64,000 bases of DNA from Somniosus microcephalus (taxonomy: Eukaryota), in the NCBI GenBank assembly GCA_052327205.1, contig CM126215.1, positions 111,910,001 through 111,974,000 on the forward strand, read 5' to 3'. A program made the translations under genes and the position numbers. Each line of letters begins with the position of its first letter. Positions within the stretch are counted from its first letter, which is position 1. Below the pieces are notes generated by a model, which was not told the DNA's origin, did no database searches, and saw only the letters and a list, made by a program, of their open reading frames with translations. Below, piece by piece: positions 1-11,999 of the stretch.

Positions 1-689
1 GCCTGAAGTTACTAGCTCTTTACTCTTCTACCATCCCCCCAGGATGAGTGTTTCCCCTCAGGGCCTTCTGCAGTCGCACACCTATTTCCTGCCCACACCA
101 GCAGTGCGCCCAGGCCTTGCAAATGACCCAGGACAGGACATTCAGGGGCACCTCTTCCTGACACCTATCTACCCTCTTACGCCCTTGGAGAAAATATACA
201 AACTGCAGTCACACATATTTACAATGGATTTGGAATAATAAAGTTATGGGATATTATGTAAGTCTGGTTCCTTATTAAGGATTTATTTTGAGCATTTGGC
301 AGTGCGTCTAATTGTACACATTTTCTAATTAGGATCTTTGCATTGTCCAGTGGATTCAAGGCACATGAGCTTTAGACCATCGTTATGCTCCCCCAAACAC
401 CAGACTTGCGGCTGGTGACCCCGGTTAAATGCTCCAAACACACACAACTGGCAAAGGAAGGAAGAGTTATTCATTGACCCCAGCTGCAGCACATTCGCGC
501 GTAAGGATTTTTTTTTTCTCTAGGCATCATAGACTACCTGCATGTTATGGAAATGGAGTCACTTGTGGTTGACGTACGCCATTGAGTTGACTGTTGGCAC
601 CTCTCTGTCTATGTCTGTTTGGTTGACAGCCCCCTACAATCTAGGGAAGCCAACATAAAACTGGGTTCAACAATTTCCGACCATAACCT

Positions 690-1088
690 CTGCCCCATCA
701 TTATTATTTTTCTCTCTCTCTCTCACATGGCAGCTGTCGATCATTCTGCCATTGCCATTTACACTTCATCTAGAGTCATCTTTTGTTTCTTAACTTGTCC
801 CATTACCATCTCCTTTGGCCTCGCACCATCATCCCTTTTGTCTATTAATCTCTCCAGCCTTCCACCCTATCACAGACCTTCCCTTTTGTTCTTGCCTCCC
901 CTCCCCCCTCTCCCTGCCCCTGCACTTGCTTAAAAACCCGTTACATCTCCAGCTTTTTCCAGTTCTGACGAAGGGTCACCAACCTGAAACGTTAACTCTG
1001 TTTCTCTCTCTCCGCAGAGACTGCCTGACCCGCTGACTCTTTCCAGCATTTTCTCTTTTTATTTCAGATTTCCAGATTTTGCTTTTGT
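690..1088 (+). mobile_element. Penelope-like element (PLE) terminal fragment
   Basis: Motif CTGACGAAGGGTCACCAACCTGAAACGTTAACTCTGTTTCTCTCT...CTGCCTGACCCGCTGA...TCCAGCATTTTCT recurs at 17603-17893, 39148-39251 and 63463-63740; resembles vertebrate PLE pseudo-LTR ends. Confidence 0.65.
961..997 (+). ncRNA. Minimal type I hammerhead ribozyme core
   Basis: AGTT-CTGACGA-AGGGT(cacca)ACCT-GAAA-CGTT-AACT: CUGANGA and GAAA boxes, stem II, stem I AGTT/AACT, and a palindromic AACGTT in place of stem III. Confidence 0.65.
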
Positions 1089-2734
1089 AACATAAAGTTG
1101 CTGCAGCTTCTCCAACCATTTTGTTTCACTTTTTTGGAAATGTGCCTTTTAATCTCCCGCCACTGTGCATCAGCTACCCGCTTACCGACAGGTAGACATA
1201 GCAACTTGTTCAATCAGCAGAAATAACCTCCGGGTGATCGGAAAGACACAGTAGCCAGAAAATCAAAGGCTGCTGTCGCTGTCACATCTACAGGCAGAGC
1301 GACTGGATTCACCGACGCTTCACTTAAGGCCAGTGCCAATTACTTCCGATTGGAAAATCGCTGTCATGTGATAGCCGTGAGCATGCTAAGTGGCCACAGC
1401 TTTAATGTGCGTTTGAAATGTTCAAACGGTTATAATTTTTTATATATAACGCTGCAGGAAGCTGGTGTCTCTCCTGCTCTTGGATTCCCTTGAACTGACT
1501 TACTTATTCAGGGGCATCCAGGGGTGGAAGTGATAACTCAGTGACGTCATCTCTATATCTCTATTCACATGGTCAGCTTCCATATGTATCCTAATGACTC
1601 CCAGTCCTGCCTCTTCACGATAGAAAGGAGAGGGAGCATTTTCCATTCTCTCTACTTTTTATCCTGGTGAATTGTGCACATTCAAACATTGCCAAATCAA
1701 TAAATCCACGAAATTGCGAGTGCAAGAGAAATTCTGGCTTTTCCAGTGAATTTCCTTACTAAAGTTTCTGCTTATCCTATTTCTGGGGCCTTTTATTTAA
1801 TCTTTTATGGAAAACTGAAATCCATTGCCTTGTGTTTCTGAAGTAGATATTTATTTCCGATTTAAGGATTCGCTTTTCTAAAAGAACGTCAAGATTTATT
1901 CCAGCATAACAACAACTTGCATTTAAAACACCCCAAGGCGCTTCACAGGGCCGCAATCAGACAAAAATACAATTGTCTAAATCAGCGCAGATACATCATG
2001 GATGGTGCCTGGTTGGCTGAGTGTTGGTTTTAGTCGTAAAATGAGATAGTTAATCACTGGCAGGGGGGAAATACAGCAATGTTAGAACTATAAAGAATCT
2101 GTGTATTCCACCAGCAAAAACGTACTGGCGCAACGCATCACATTGCGGGCTGGTACGACACAACGCCACGCCCGTGCTGAACACCCATTCTCATTGGTGC
2201 CAATCAGCGAGGTACAATATTAGCAGAGGCCTTGTAGGGAGTCATTTGCATTTTTGATCATGAAGAGAAATAAGTAAAAACACATAAGATGTGCACAGAA
2301 TGGGCTGACAGTTAGCTCACTTATGCAGTACACTGCACAGAAAGGATAGTCAGAGAACTGTTAATGACATGTCCCAAAGACATGAAACAATGATGAATGG
2401 TTTTCTCTATCTCCCTCCTCCCCCCTCATCCCCAACCCCCCCATTTCTCTTTGCAGTCTTATGACCTTTTTAAACTATTTTCTGGTAGGCTTCAGTTTCT
2501 TATACCCTGAGGACTGTTAACATTTTGCATATGTATGTACCACGCTTGCCAACACTTAATCACTAAAAATTAGGACAAGACTAGGGGAGGGGAGAAGGAG
2601 GCTCTCTCGGCTCGTCTGCACCGACTGCAAGGAAGTAGGCTCATGGTCTCAGTAATGCTGCTGTGTATGGACTGGGGTGGAGTTTGGGGTGGAAAGAAAG
2701 ACTGCTGGCAAGAGGCACTCCAAGACATAAATAC

Positions 2735-3000
2735 GTAATCTAGGCTGGTGCTCGAGTGCACGACTGCATTGTCAGGAGTATCACTTTCAAAATCAGTGGT
2801 TAAACTGAAGCCGTTGCCTTGGTTCAGGTGGACATTGAAGACCCCACGTCCCCATTCGTAGAAGAGTAGGAGCTCTCCCAGTGTCCCGGCCAACATTCCG
2901 GCCTCAGCCAACATGACCAAAAGACAGATCATTCATCTCAATGCTGCTTGCAGGATGTTGCTGTGTTCAAAATGGCTGTTGCATTTTCCCACTTAACAAC
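2735..3000 (+). mobile_element. Old, diverged DeuSINE copy
   Basis: Degenerate match to the Deu-domain core seen in younger copies here (GGTGGAC..AAGA.CCCA.G.C..TTCG.AGAAGAG.AGG...TGTCC.GGCCAA). Confidence 0.6.
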
Positions 3001-3539
3001 AATCATAGCCATAGGAGTGTACACCACTGCAAAAGGCCATTTGTGTCTATGCTGACACTTTGCTAGAGGAATCCGAAACTATTCCCATGGTCCTACGCTC
3101 AATTCCTTTTCTACTTTCAATATTTATCCAATTTTCTTTAAAAGAATCCAACAGTCTCTGCCTCAGTCACTCTCTGGCAAAGCACTACAAGTTCCAGCAG
3201 CCCTCTGTATAAAGAAATTACTCCTAATCTCTCCTCATTCTCGTAGCAATAATTTTAAATTGAAGACTTTCATCACCAATTCCCTAATTTTCCCCTTTTC
3301 TTCATACGCTAACTTTTAATCAAAATTAAGAACAGTGCGAACTTCACGCCCTAAGATTTATTTTAAAGTTCGTCTTATGCTGGATGATCCTCCAAACACA
3401 ATCGATATCCTTACCAAGTTCTAGGCTTGACTTGCAAACACTGGACTTTTGTCAGTTAGTCACTGCCACTACCCTACTGTGCCATGCCTGAGAAGCGGAT
3501 TGAAGCAGGACGATATACAGGATTTTTTTTAAAAGTGTA

Positions 3540-3845
3540 AACCTCCCAAACCCGCGACCTCTTCCCCCTAGAAGGACAAGGGCAGCAAGCGCATGGGAAC
3601 AGCACCACCTCCAAGTTCCCCTCCAAGTCACACACCATCCTGACGTAGAAGTATATCGCCAATCCTTCATCATCGCTGGGTCAAAATCCTGGAACTCCCT
3701 ACCTAACAGCACTGTGGGAGTACCTTCACCACACGGACTGCAGCGGCTCAATAAGGCGGCTCACCACCACCTTCTCAAGGGCAACTAGTGATTTGAACTA
3801 AATGCTGGCCTTGCCAGCGATGCCCATAACCCAAGAATAATTTTT
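3540..3845 (+). mobile_element. Non-LTR retrotransposon 3' end (possibly RTEX-like)
   Basis: Close match to 6455-6775 (+) and 37090-37410 (-); ends GGGCAA.TAG...AAATGCTGGCCTTGCCAGCGA.GCCCA. Confidence 0.65.
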
Positions 3846-4269
3846 TTAAATCACTGCTTTATTCCTCCTTTGGGGGTTGGGGTTGGGACACATTCAGAGA
3901 TGCTGGTGGAAGTCGTGCCCTCCCAGAACTCCACATCTGAAGAGCAGAATCCTAGCCACTGTGACTCTTTCTGTTGGAGCAGAGAAGGCTAAGAGAAGAT
4001 TTAATTGAGGTTTAAATATCAGTAATGGATCTCGATTGCCACTTGTGCAAGGATATCTCTGCGTCTTCCGTGGAATTGGCTCTTATTTTGTCAGCCTTTT
4101 CCAACCCAAAGTTGCAAAGACACCCTGGTGAAATTTCATCCATATAGAGGAGAGGCTGCACCTCCTACTGATCGGAATGATAGGGACACAAGTAGGGAGC
4201 TGGTCACAGTGCTGTATCTATGAGCAAATCATTTTTGCACTGATTAGTGTCAGAAAGATACAGCAGGGT

Positions 4270-4420
4270 GCTATGGTCGTGCAGACCAAAAGGTCCCACA
4301 TTCAATTCCCGGCCCGAGCTGAGTTAGCGGATCTCAGCCGGGAAGCAGTCGGGTGCCTCACCAAGGAAGGCCAATTTTAGCTCGCGTTTATACTCTTGAT
4401 TCCTATCCCCTGACCCTTTA
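4270..4420 (+). mobile_element. Ancient tRNA-head SINE remnant (AmnSINE2-like)
   Basis: AGACC..AAGGTCCCA..TTCAATTCCCGG...GCTGAGTTAGC.GATCTCAGCCGGG; related pieces at 23690-23756/28338-28380 and 60826-60960. Family name from memory of the consensus. Confidence 0.45.
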
Positions 4421-5403
4421 TGGATGTCCACCAATTTCAGCCCAGGTGGTGCCTTCCATGCTTAAACAGCCTGCTGACATGCGCTAGGGTCAAGGGTCGC
4501 ACATAAAGAATGCGTGCTTGGCCGGGTACTGGAAGGCTGCTCATTCGCCTGCACCTGAGCGCCTTCAGGAGAGGAAGGACGATAATTAGAAATGGTACAA
4601 AGAGATGGATAAACAGGAGGTAGCTTTTAATCAAAGATTTGATGTCAAAATAGAACACAAAATTAAGAAACTGTTTCTCACAGAGTACGATTGTGTTATG
4701 CAGTACAGCACCTCCCCTCCTCCACACCATCCCAGTTTCCAGGCGTCTGGGGAATATGGTTCCAATAAGCCTTCACTCTGGTTGCCGCTCTGTGTTGCCC
4801 TGGGGTCCTCAAACTAAGAAACAGAAGTGACCTGGAAGCAAGATACGCAAGCCACATAGATCTGACTGTTCAATGACATCAAAGGCAATGAGAGTCCTTT
4901 CAAGATTTGATGGTCTAAATAATCCACTGACTGAGGTTTGATACGATTACTGTGCGATATTTAAAGGAGGCAAATCTCAGATTTTAGATTCCACTTCAAA
5001 TGTTCCTCCCCCCCCACCCCCACTGTTTCGGTATGACATTTTTCCATTTTCCACACCAGCCTGCCCGCAGCCTTTCCAAGTGAGATTGCCAATTTGGAGT
5101 CTTTTCGCGCTGTGAGTCCTACAGGAAATTGGATCAACACTGTCCAGGGGTAGTAGGCAGAGCAGGCTTTCACCCCATCAGTCCCGCCTGGATTTGAACC
5201 GAGGTCGCAGGGTTGTATGGCCTCTATCTAACCTGATGCACAGCCCACTCTGCCCTCTTAGGTGCCAATTCATAGTGGGATAGGAAAGGGGGGAAAGAAA
5301 GGAAAATTGGAAGGAGATTCATTGCTCAGACACTGTTTAGATATGTCATCTGAACCCCAAAGATTTGATTAGTACTCTTGTAAGTTGATTTGATAATATA
5401 CAC

Positions 5404-6060
5404 TGGCCTCTGAGTCAGAAGGTCATGGGTTTGTGTCCCGCTCCAGAGTCTTGAGCACATAATCTAGGCTGACAGTCCAGTGCAGTACTGAGGGAGTGCT
5501 GCACTGTCGGGGGTGCCGCCTTTCAAATGAGACGTTAAACCGAAGCCCCCGTCTGCCCTCTCAGGTGAATGCAAAAGATCCCATGGACACTATTTTGAAG
5601 AAGAGCAGGGGAGTTATCCTCGCTGTCCTGGCTAGTATTTATCCATCAACCAATATCACTAAACCGAATTATCTGGTCACTATCTCATTGCATGTTTGTG
5701 GGGCCTTACTGTGCGTAAATTGACTGCCTCATTTCCTAACAGTTACTACAATTAAAAAAAAAAGTACTGTGGTAAACCACTGTTTGTATTCCACTGTGTA
5801 CATGTCTGTACATGCCTCGGCTGACTCCTCCCACGAGTCCAGGTATAAAGGTGACTGCTCCACAGTCCCTCTGTATTCTGGACTGGTCGACCACTCGAGG
5901 CACACCTTCATTCTCTTGTTAATAAAAGCCTGTTAGTTACTCGCTTAACCTCAGTCTTTTGAGTGATTGATAGCGCATCAAGTACTTCATTGGCTGTAAA
6001 GCGTTTTATGATGTCCTGAGGTCATGGAAGGCACTATATAAATGTAAGTCTTTCTTTCTA
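5404..6060 (+). mobile_element. DeuSINE (SacSINE1-like), split by a solo LTR
   Basis: tRNA-like head (GCCTCTGAGTCAGAAGG..GGGTT), Deu core (GAGACGTTAAACCGA..AAAGATCCCATGG..GAAGAGCAGGGGAGT), L2-type tail (GGCACTATATAAATGTAAGTCTTTCTTTC). Confidence 0.8.
5768..5980 (+). mobile_element. Solo LTR (213 bp)
   Basis: TG...CA termini, 5-bp TSD AGTAC (5763-5767, 5981-5985), internal TATAAA and AATAAA. Confidence 0.85.
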
Positions 6061-6414
6061 GAACATGATGTTCTGTATGTACAAGAGCCAGTAGAGCTGC
6101 TATTCTTTGGGTGCTGGTGCACCGTATTTTTGGCACAGTGGCCTGAGGCCTATTTTGTGCCCCCTAAGTGTGGGCAGTGGTAGAGTTTAACCAATGGAAA
6201 TCGCACAGCTTACCACCACAGAGCACTGATATGTTTCCGAGCTAGGATCACCCTACCGCTCAGGACATTAGCCTTCATGCATGGGGAATGGACTATTCAT
6301 AAAAGGGTGCAATAGTAGGATCCCATCCATGAATTAGCGTAAGATTACATCATTTACAGGATAAAGTATAATAAAGTTTTATTAAGTAACTATGCAGTTG
6401 CCATATACTTTTCA

Positions 6415-7068
6415 AATCCCTCCCTATCTCTAATTTTCTCCAGCCCTACAACCCTTCTTCGACAGCACCTCCCAAACCTGTGACCTCTACCACCTAGAAG
6501 GACAAGGGCAGCAGGCGCATGGGAACACCATCACCTCCAAGTTCCCCTCCAAGTCACACACCATCCTGACTTGGAAGTATATCGCCGATCCTTCATCGTC
6601 GCTGGGTCAAAATCCATGGAACTCCCTCCCTAACAGCACTGTGGGAGTACCCTCACCACACGGACTGCAGCGGTTCAAGAAGGCGGCTCACCACCACCTT
6701 CTCAAGGGCAATTAGGGATGGGCAATAAATGCTGGCCTTGTCAGCAACGCCCACATCCCAGGAACAAATGTTTTAAAAAGTCCGAGATCTCTGCGATCCT
6801 CCAATTCTGGCTTCTTGAGCATCCCCGATTTTAATCACTCCACCATTGGTGGCCGTGCCTTCAGCTGCCGAGGCCCAAAGCTCTGGAATTCCCTCCATAA
6901 ACCTCTCTGCCTCTCTTTCCTCCTTTAAGACGCTTCTTAAAATCTCTTTCTACCCGAATATCTCCTTGTGTGGCTCGGTGTCAAATTTTGTTTGATAACG
7001 CTCCTGTGAAGCGCCTTGGGACGTTTTACTACGTTAAAGGCGCTAAATAAATACAAGTTGTTGTTGTT
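6415..7068 (+). mobile_element. L2 LINE 3' end containing a nested RTEX-like 3' fragment (6455-6775)
   Basis: L2-type tail GTGAAGCGCCTTGGGACG..AAAGGCGCTA.ATAAAT.CAAGTTGTTGTTG; the nested segment matches 3540-3845. Confidence 0.7.
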
Positions 7069-7087
7069 GACAGATAAATAAATAGAT

Positions 7088-7730
7088 TAAAAAAAGAAAG
7101 ATTTGTAAATAAATAGCACCTTTCACAACCTCAGGATATCCCAAAGCGCTTTACAGTCAATTAAGTCCTTTTGACGTGTAGTCACTGTTATAATGTAGGA
7201 AACGCGACAGGTAATTTGCGCACAGCAAGCTCCCACAAACAGCAGTGTGATAATGACCAGATAATCTGTTATTAGTGATTGGTTGAGGAATAATTGGCCA
7301 GGACACCAGGGAGAACTCCCCTGCCCTTCTTCGATATAGTATTAAGGGATCTTTCAGGTCCACTTGAGAAGGCACACGGGGCCTCGGTTTAACGTCTCTT
7401 CCAAAAGACAGCACCTCCGACAGTGCAGCGCTGCATTGGAGTGTCAGCCTAGATTACGCACGCCAGTTGCTATGATCTGGAATGCACTGCCTGAAAGCAG
7501 ATCCAATAATAACTTTCGAAAGGGCATTGGATAAATACTTGAAGGGGGAAAAGTTGCAGGTCTATGGGAAAGGGCAGGGGAGTGAGACTAATTGGAGAGC
7601 TTTTTCAGAGAGCCGGCATAGGGCCGAATGGCCTTCAGTGCTGTATCATTCTATGATTCTAGGTCTTTGAGGTGGGGCTTGAACCCAAAACCTTCTGACT
7701 CAGAGGCGAGAGTGCTACCACTGAGCCTTG
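7088..7730 (-). mobile_element. DeuSINE interrupted by a CR1 3' fragment (7465-7660, +)
   Basis: Reverse-complement match to 5404-6060; the SINE head resumes after the CR1 piece at ~7662. Confidence 0.75.
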
Positions 7731-9039
7731 GATATCTGGACAGATATGAATGGAGTTATGAATTGTTGGGAGTGAGTAATAACGTAAAGGAGCACCTAAA
7801 AGTCTTTTTATTCTTTCTGCACTTTCTGTTTTTTAAAGCATTGCCTTAGTGTCTGGAGATGGAGAAAAGCCAGAATAGACTCAAATTATTTTTGGCGCAA
7901 GGTCGTCACGCTCAAGTCATGACCTACGGCGCAATGCCACATTCGATGCGATTCGCTATAAAGAGACGCTGCCCCTTTAAGAATCAACATTTGCAGCTAA
8001 AACCACTGCAGTGAAGATTGTAAGGGGCACCTGTGATATCATTATCACTGCAGAATGCTCACGTGAGTCACAGTGGGACAACGGTAGGTGCTACAGAACG
8101 GCAATTTATGCACCGCGTGCAACATTATGTGACAGGCAAATCTGACACACTCCCTATACATAGCTCTGTGAGCACACATCTTACCGCCCACGTATAGGAG
8201 GCAGCGCTGTTGCACTGGAACTGGTTGGACCCTCCGTCTTAAAATGGAAACGCAGCTGCAGCAACTCCGTGCATCATAAAGAGAGAATTTCAGCCAACAG
8301 ATGCAGGGTCATAAAAATGCACTCTCAGGAGCAGAATCCAAACTTGTATTGCGCACATTAAAACAACTGTATAAATGACGAGAGCTGCAGGCGAGGGCAA
8401 ATAATCCAGGAGATTTTATTAGTCAAATCAAAATTGGAATCACTCCTGACCACGGGGAGGCTTTCTTCTGTGTGCTTGTGTGTTTACGATTTCACTACTC
8501 ATAGCGCCCAAAGGAAATCTTCCCTCTCTGTTGTTTTCTTTTTGTTTTCTTGTAAAAGCACATGCCAAAGATTTATTTTTCCCACAGCATCACTTACTTA
8601 TCCTTATAAAACCCAAATCTGTCCAAGCCTCGAATCTTGAAGAGGAGATTCTTTTACCAGTTCGCTCACACTCCTGGATGATAATTCGCTCAGTTCTAGC
8701 TGCCAACCTCTTACCAGAACTTTTCCTGTCTTTCTTTATTTTTTCTTCAATGCTTGGACCATCGCTGATCCCCTGAACCTTCTGCTCCTGGACCGTCTGA
8801 GCTCCAGATACACTGGTTTTAATCGGCTCTTCCTCCTCTTTGCATGTTGAAATCAAGCCTCACAGTGCGGTGACCAAGTCGAACTTACTTTTTCCTAGGA
8901 CCTCAAAATCTGTGGAATCATAGAGTTAGGTCCTGCAGTATGTACTTTGGCCTTTCTCAGCAAAAAGAATGCAATGTCGGAGATCGTTCAAACAAATGTT
9001 GATGTTAACAGCTATGTTGAGAGTGCAGGTGTAGTTTAA

Positions 9040-9320
9040 GAACATAAGACGTAGGAGCAGGAGTAGGCCATTCAGCCCCTCGAGCCTGCTCCGCCATTCA
9101 ATAAGATCAGGCTGATCTGATCTTGGCCTCAACTCCACTTTCCCGCCCGCTCCCCATAACCCTTGACTCCCCTGTAGCTCAAATATCCGTCTATCTGAGC
9201 CTTGAATATATTCAGTGACTCCGCCTCCACAGCTCTCCGGGGTAGAGAATTCCAAAGATTCACGACCCTCTGAGAGAAGAAATTCCTCCTCATCTCGGTC
9301 TTAAATGTGCGACCCCTTAT
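9040..9320 (-). mobile_element. CR1 LINE 3' fragment
   Basis: Encodes FKTEMRRNFFSQRVVNLWNSLP (CR1 ORF2 C-terminus), followed by the 3' hairpin and tail. Confidence 0.85.
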
Positions 9321-10185
9321 CATAAAACAAGAAAGAAAGAAAGAAAAGAAAGAAAGAAAGAAAGCCAATGAAGCAGTGTTTGAAGTGTAGTCAATGTTGT
9401 AATGTAGGAAACACAGCAGTCACTTTGCACACAGCAAGCTCCCACAAACAGCAATATGATAATGACCAGATAATCTGTTTTAATGATGTTGGTTGAGGGA
9501 TAAATATTGGCGGGCAGTTGCACCAGTGGTGAATTTAGAAATTACTGAAGGAGAAAGCAGGTGTTGAAGGCATGAGATTTATTTCCTATCAGAATCTGGG
9601 GCGGTGGGGGGGTGCAACCTGCGCCCCTCCCAGAAATAATTATGCACTTGCCAGCGTTTTGCAGCTTACAGTAATTCTGCGTTCCCTGACAAAACAATTT
9701 TTTCCTGGAAGAATTATTGTTATTTCGATAATGAGAGTAAGAGCAACTTCAGTACAACCTTCCAATGTCCACTGCCTTTCATTGGGAATCTAGCACTAGC
9801 TACATCAAGTTAATTTATGTACTGAAACCTTTTACAACACCCAGCTACAACAATCCCACTGGGACTGCGCTACACATCGACAAGGCAACGTTGGCTCACT
9901 TTCGCATCAAATCCAGGCAGGCAAAGGATTATTTTGATTGATGCGATGCTGATTTAACTGTTTTAAAAGAAATGTTTTATTGTTAAGTAGCTTCACGAGG
10001 GCTAAGGGTAAGTCAATACCATCAACACAAGACCTGAGCTTCGAGTCCTGATGAAGGGACATGGCAAGCATGAACTTGTCCTTTCTTCTTTTAGAGGTTG
10101 ATCGAACCATTGTGATTTCAAACATTTTGGGGGTAGTCTTCACTCTGGGCGCAGACGGTAATGGGCAATTGTGGATCATTGCCAT

Positions 10186-11528
10186 TTACACACCCCAGCC
10201 CCATTACACCCACCCCCTCCCCCCGTTACACCCCCCCTCCCCCATTACACCCACCCCCTCCCCCCGTTACACAGCCCCTCCCCCATTACACCCACCGCCC
10301 TCCCTCCTCCCCCCGTTACACACCCCCTCCCCCCGTTACACACCCCCTCCCCCATTACACCCACCCCCTCCCCCCCGTTACACACTCCCTCCCCCATTAC
10401 ACCCACCGCTCCCCCTCCCCCATTGCACACTCCGGCCCCATTACACCCACCGCCCTCCCCCCATTACACACTCCGGCCCCATTACACCCACCGCTCCCCC
10501 TCCCCCATTGCACACTCCGGCCCCATTACACCCATCGCCCTCCCCCCGTTACACACTCTGGCCCCATTACGCCCACTGCTCCCCCCCCCTCCCCTGTTAC
10601 ACACTCCGGCCCCATTACACCCACCGCTCCCCCTCCCCCGTTGCACACTCCGGCCCCATTACACCCACCGCCCTCCCCCCATTACACACTCCGGCCCCAT
10701 TACACCCATCGCCCTCCCCCCGTTACACACTCTGGCCCCATTACGCCCACTGCTCCCCCCCCCCCTCCCCTGTTACACACTCCGGCCCCATTACACCCAC
10801 CGCTCCCCCTCCCCTGTTACACACTCCGGCCCCATTACACCCACCGCCCTCCCCTGTTACACACTCCGGCCCCATTACACCCACCGCCCTCCCCCCGTTA
10901 CACACTCCGGCCCCATTACACCCACCGCCCTCCCCCCGTTACACACTCCGGCCCCATTACACCCACCGCTCTCCCCCCGTTACACACTCCGGCCCCATTA
11001 CACCCATCGCCCTCCCCCCGTTACACACTCTGGCCCCATTACGCCCACTGCTCCCCCCCCCCCTCCCCTGTTACACACTCCGGCCCCATTACACCCACCG
11101 CTCCCCCTCCCCTGTTACACACTCCGGCCCCATTACACCCACCGCCCTCCCCTGTTACACACTCCGGCCCCATTACACCCACCGCCCTCCCCCCGTTACA
11201 CACTCCGGCCCCATTACACCCACCGCCCTCCCCCCGTTACACACTCCGGCCCCATTACACCCACCGCTCTCCCCCCGTTACACACTCCGGCCCCATTACA
11301 CCCACCGCCCTCCCCCCGTTACACAATCCGGCCCCATTACACCCACCGCCCTCCCCCCGTTACACACTCCGGCCCCATTACACCCACCGCCCTCCCCCCG
11401 TTACACACTCCGGCCCCATTACACCCACCGCCCTCCCCCCGTTACACAATCCGGCCCCATTACACCCACCGCCCTCCCCCCGTTACACACTCCGGCCCCA
11501 TTACACCTGCCGACCCCGTTACACACCC
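10186..11528. repeat. C-rich minisatellite, ~41-bp unit TTACACACTCCGGCCCCATTACACCCACCGCCCTCCCCCCG
   Basis: Directly visible tandem array; the unit is two TTACAC-initiated subunits (18+23 nt). Confidence 0.95.
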
Positions 11529-11755
11529 TGACATGAATCAGTCATTCATGAAAGAAAGACTTATAAAATAATACTGAGCGACCTGCGGGTGGTGCTGTCC
11601 AGGGAGAGTATAAATACTCGGGCACGGGCCCAGCTTGCGCAGGACATTCTTAACAGGAACTAATGAAGGACACAACTAGACCTCCATGTTGTAAAACAGT
11701 TGATTAAAGCTTTGTTTAACGCTTAGACCAAGTGCCTAGTAGTTTTCTTACGTCA
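11529..11755 (+). mobile_element. Solo LTR (227 bp), same family as 36342-36570
   Basis: TGACA...GTCA termini, TATAAATA, ATTAAA, near-TSD CACCC/CAGCC; reverse-complement homology to 36342-36570. Confidence 0.8.
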
Positions 11756-11999
11756 CAGCCCGCCCCATTATTCCTTTCCATTGAAGTCAATGGAATTACC
11801 AAATGTACTTACTTAAATTTCAAGGTTTTCATGCTAGGATTTGAACTCACAACCTCTGGGTTGCTAGTCCAGTACCAATACTAGGCTACTGTACCCTCAC
11901 TCTGAAAATCATCCTGCAGCAATGGGCACCACAACAGTGCCTTTGCTTACTTTATTCAATGACATTTAGAGCCACTTTGTGCCATTAGGTATTGCCATT

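Noticed and set aside
43-243. Possible terminal exon (pyrimidine tract + AG at 41-42, 64-aa ORF, AATAAA)
   Set aside because: No recognisable protein in any frame and upstream context is missing, so it cannot be supported.
2570-2932. 120-aa minus-strand ORF
   Set aside because: More than half is the antisense of a decayed DeuSINE and no domain is recognisable.
10186-11528. CRISPR-like array
   Set aside because: Units are contiguous with no unique spacers, there are no cas genes, and the context is vertebrate.
10061-11571. Three long Pro/His/Thr-rich ORFs (456-491 aa), mucin/extensin-like
   Set aside because: All three plus frames are open because the 41-bp C-rich unit has no stop codon and is not a multiple of 3; this is a minisatellite artefact.
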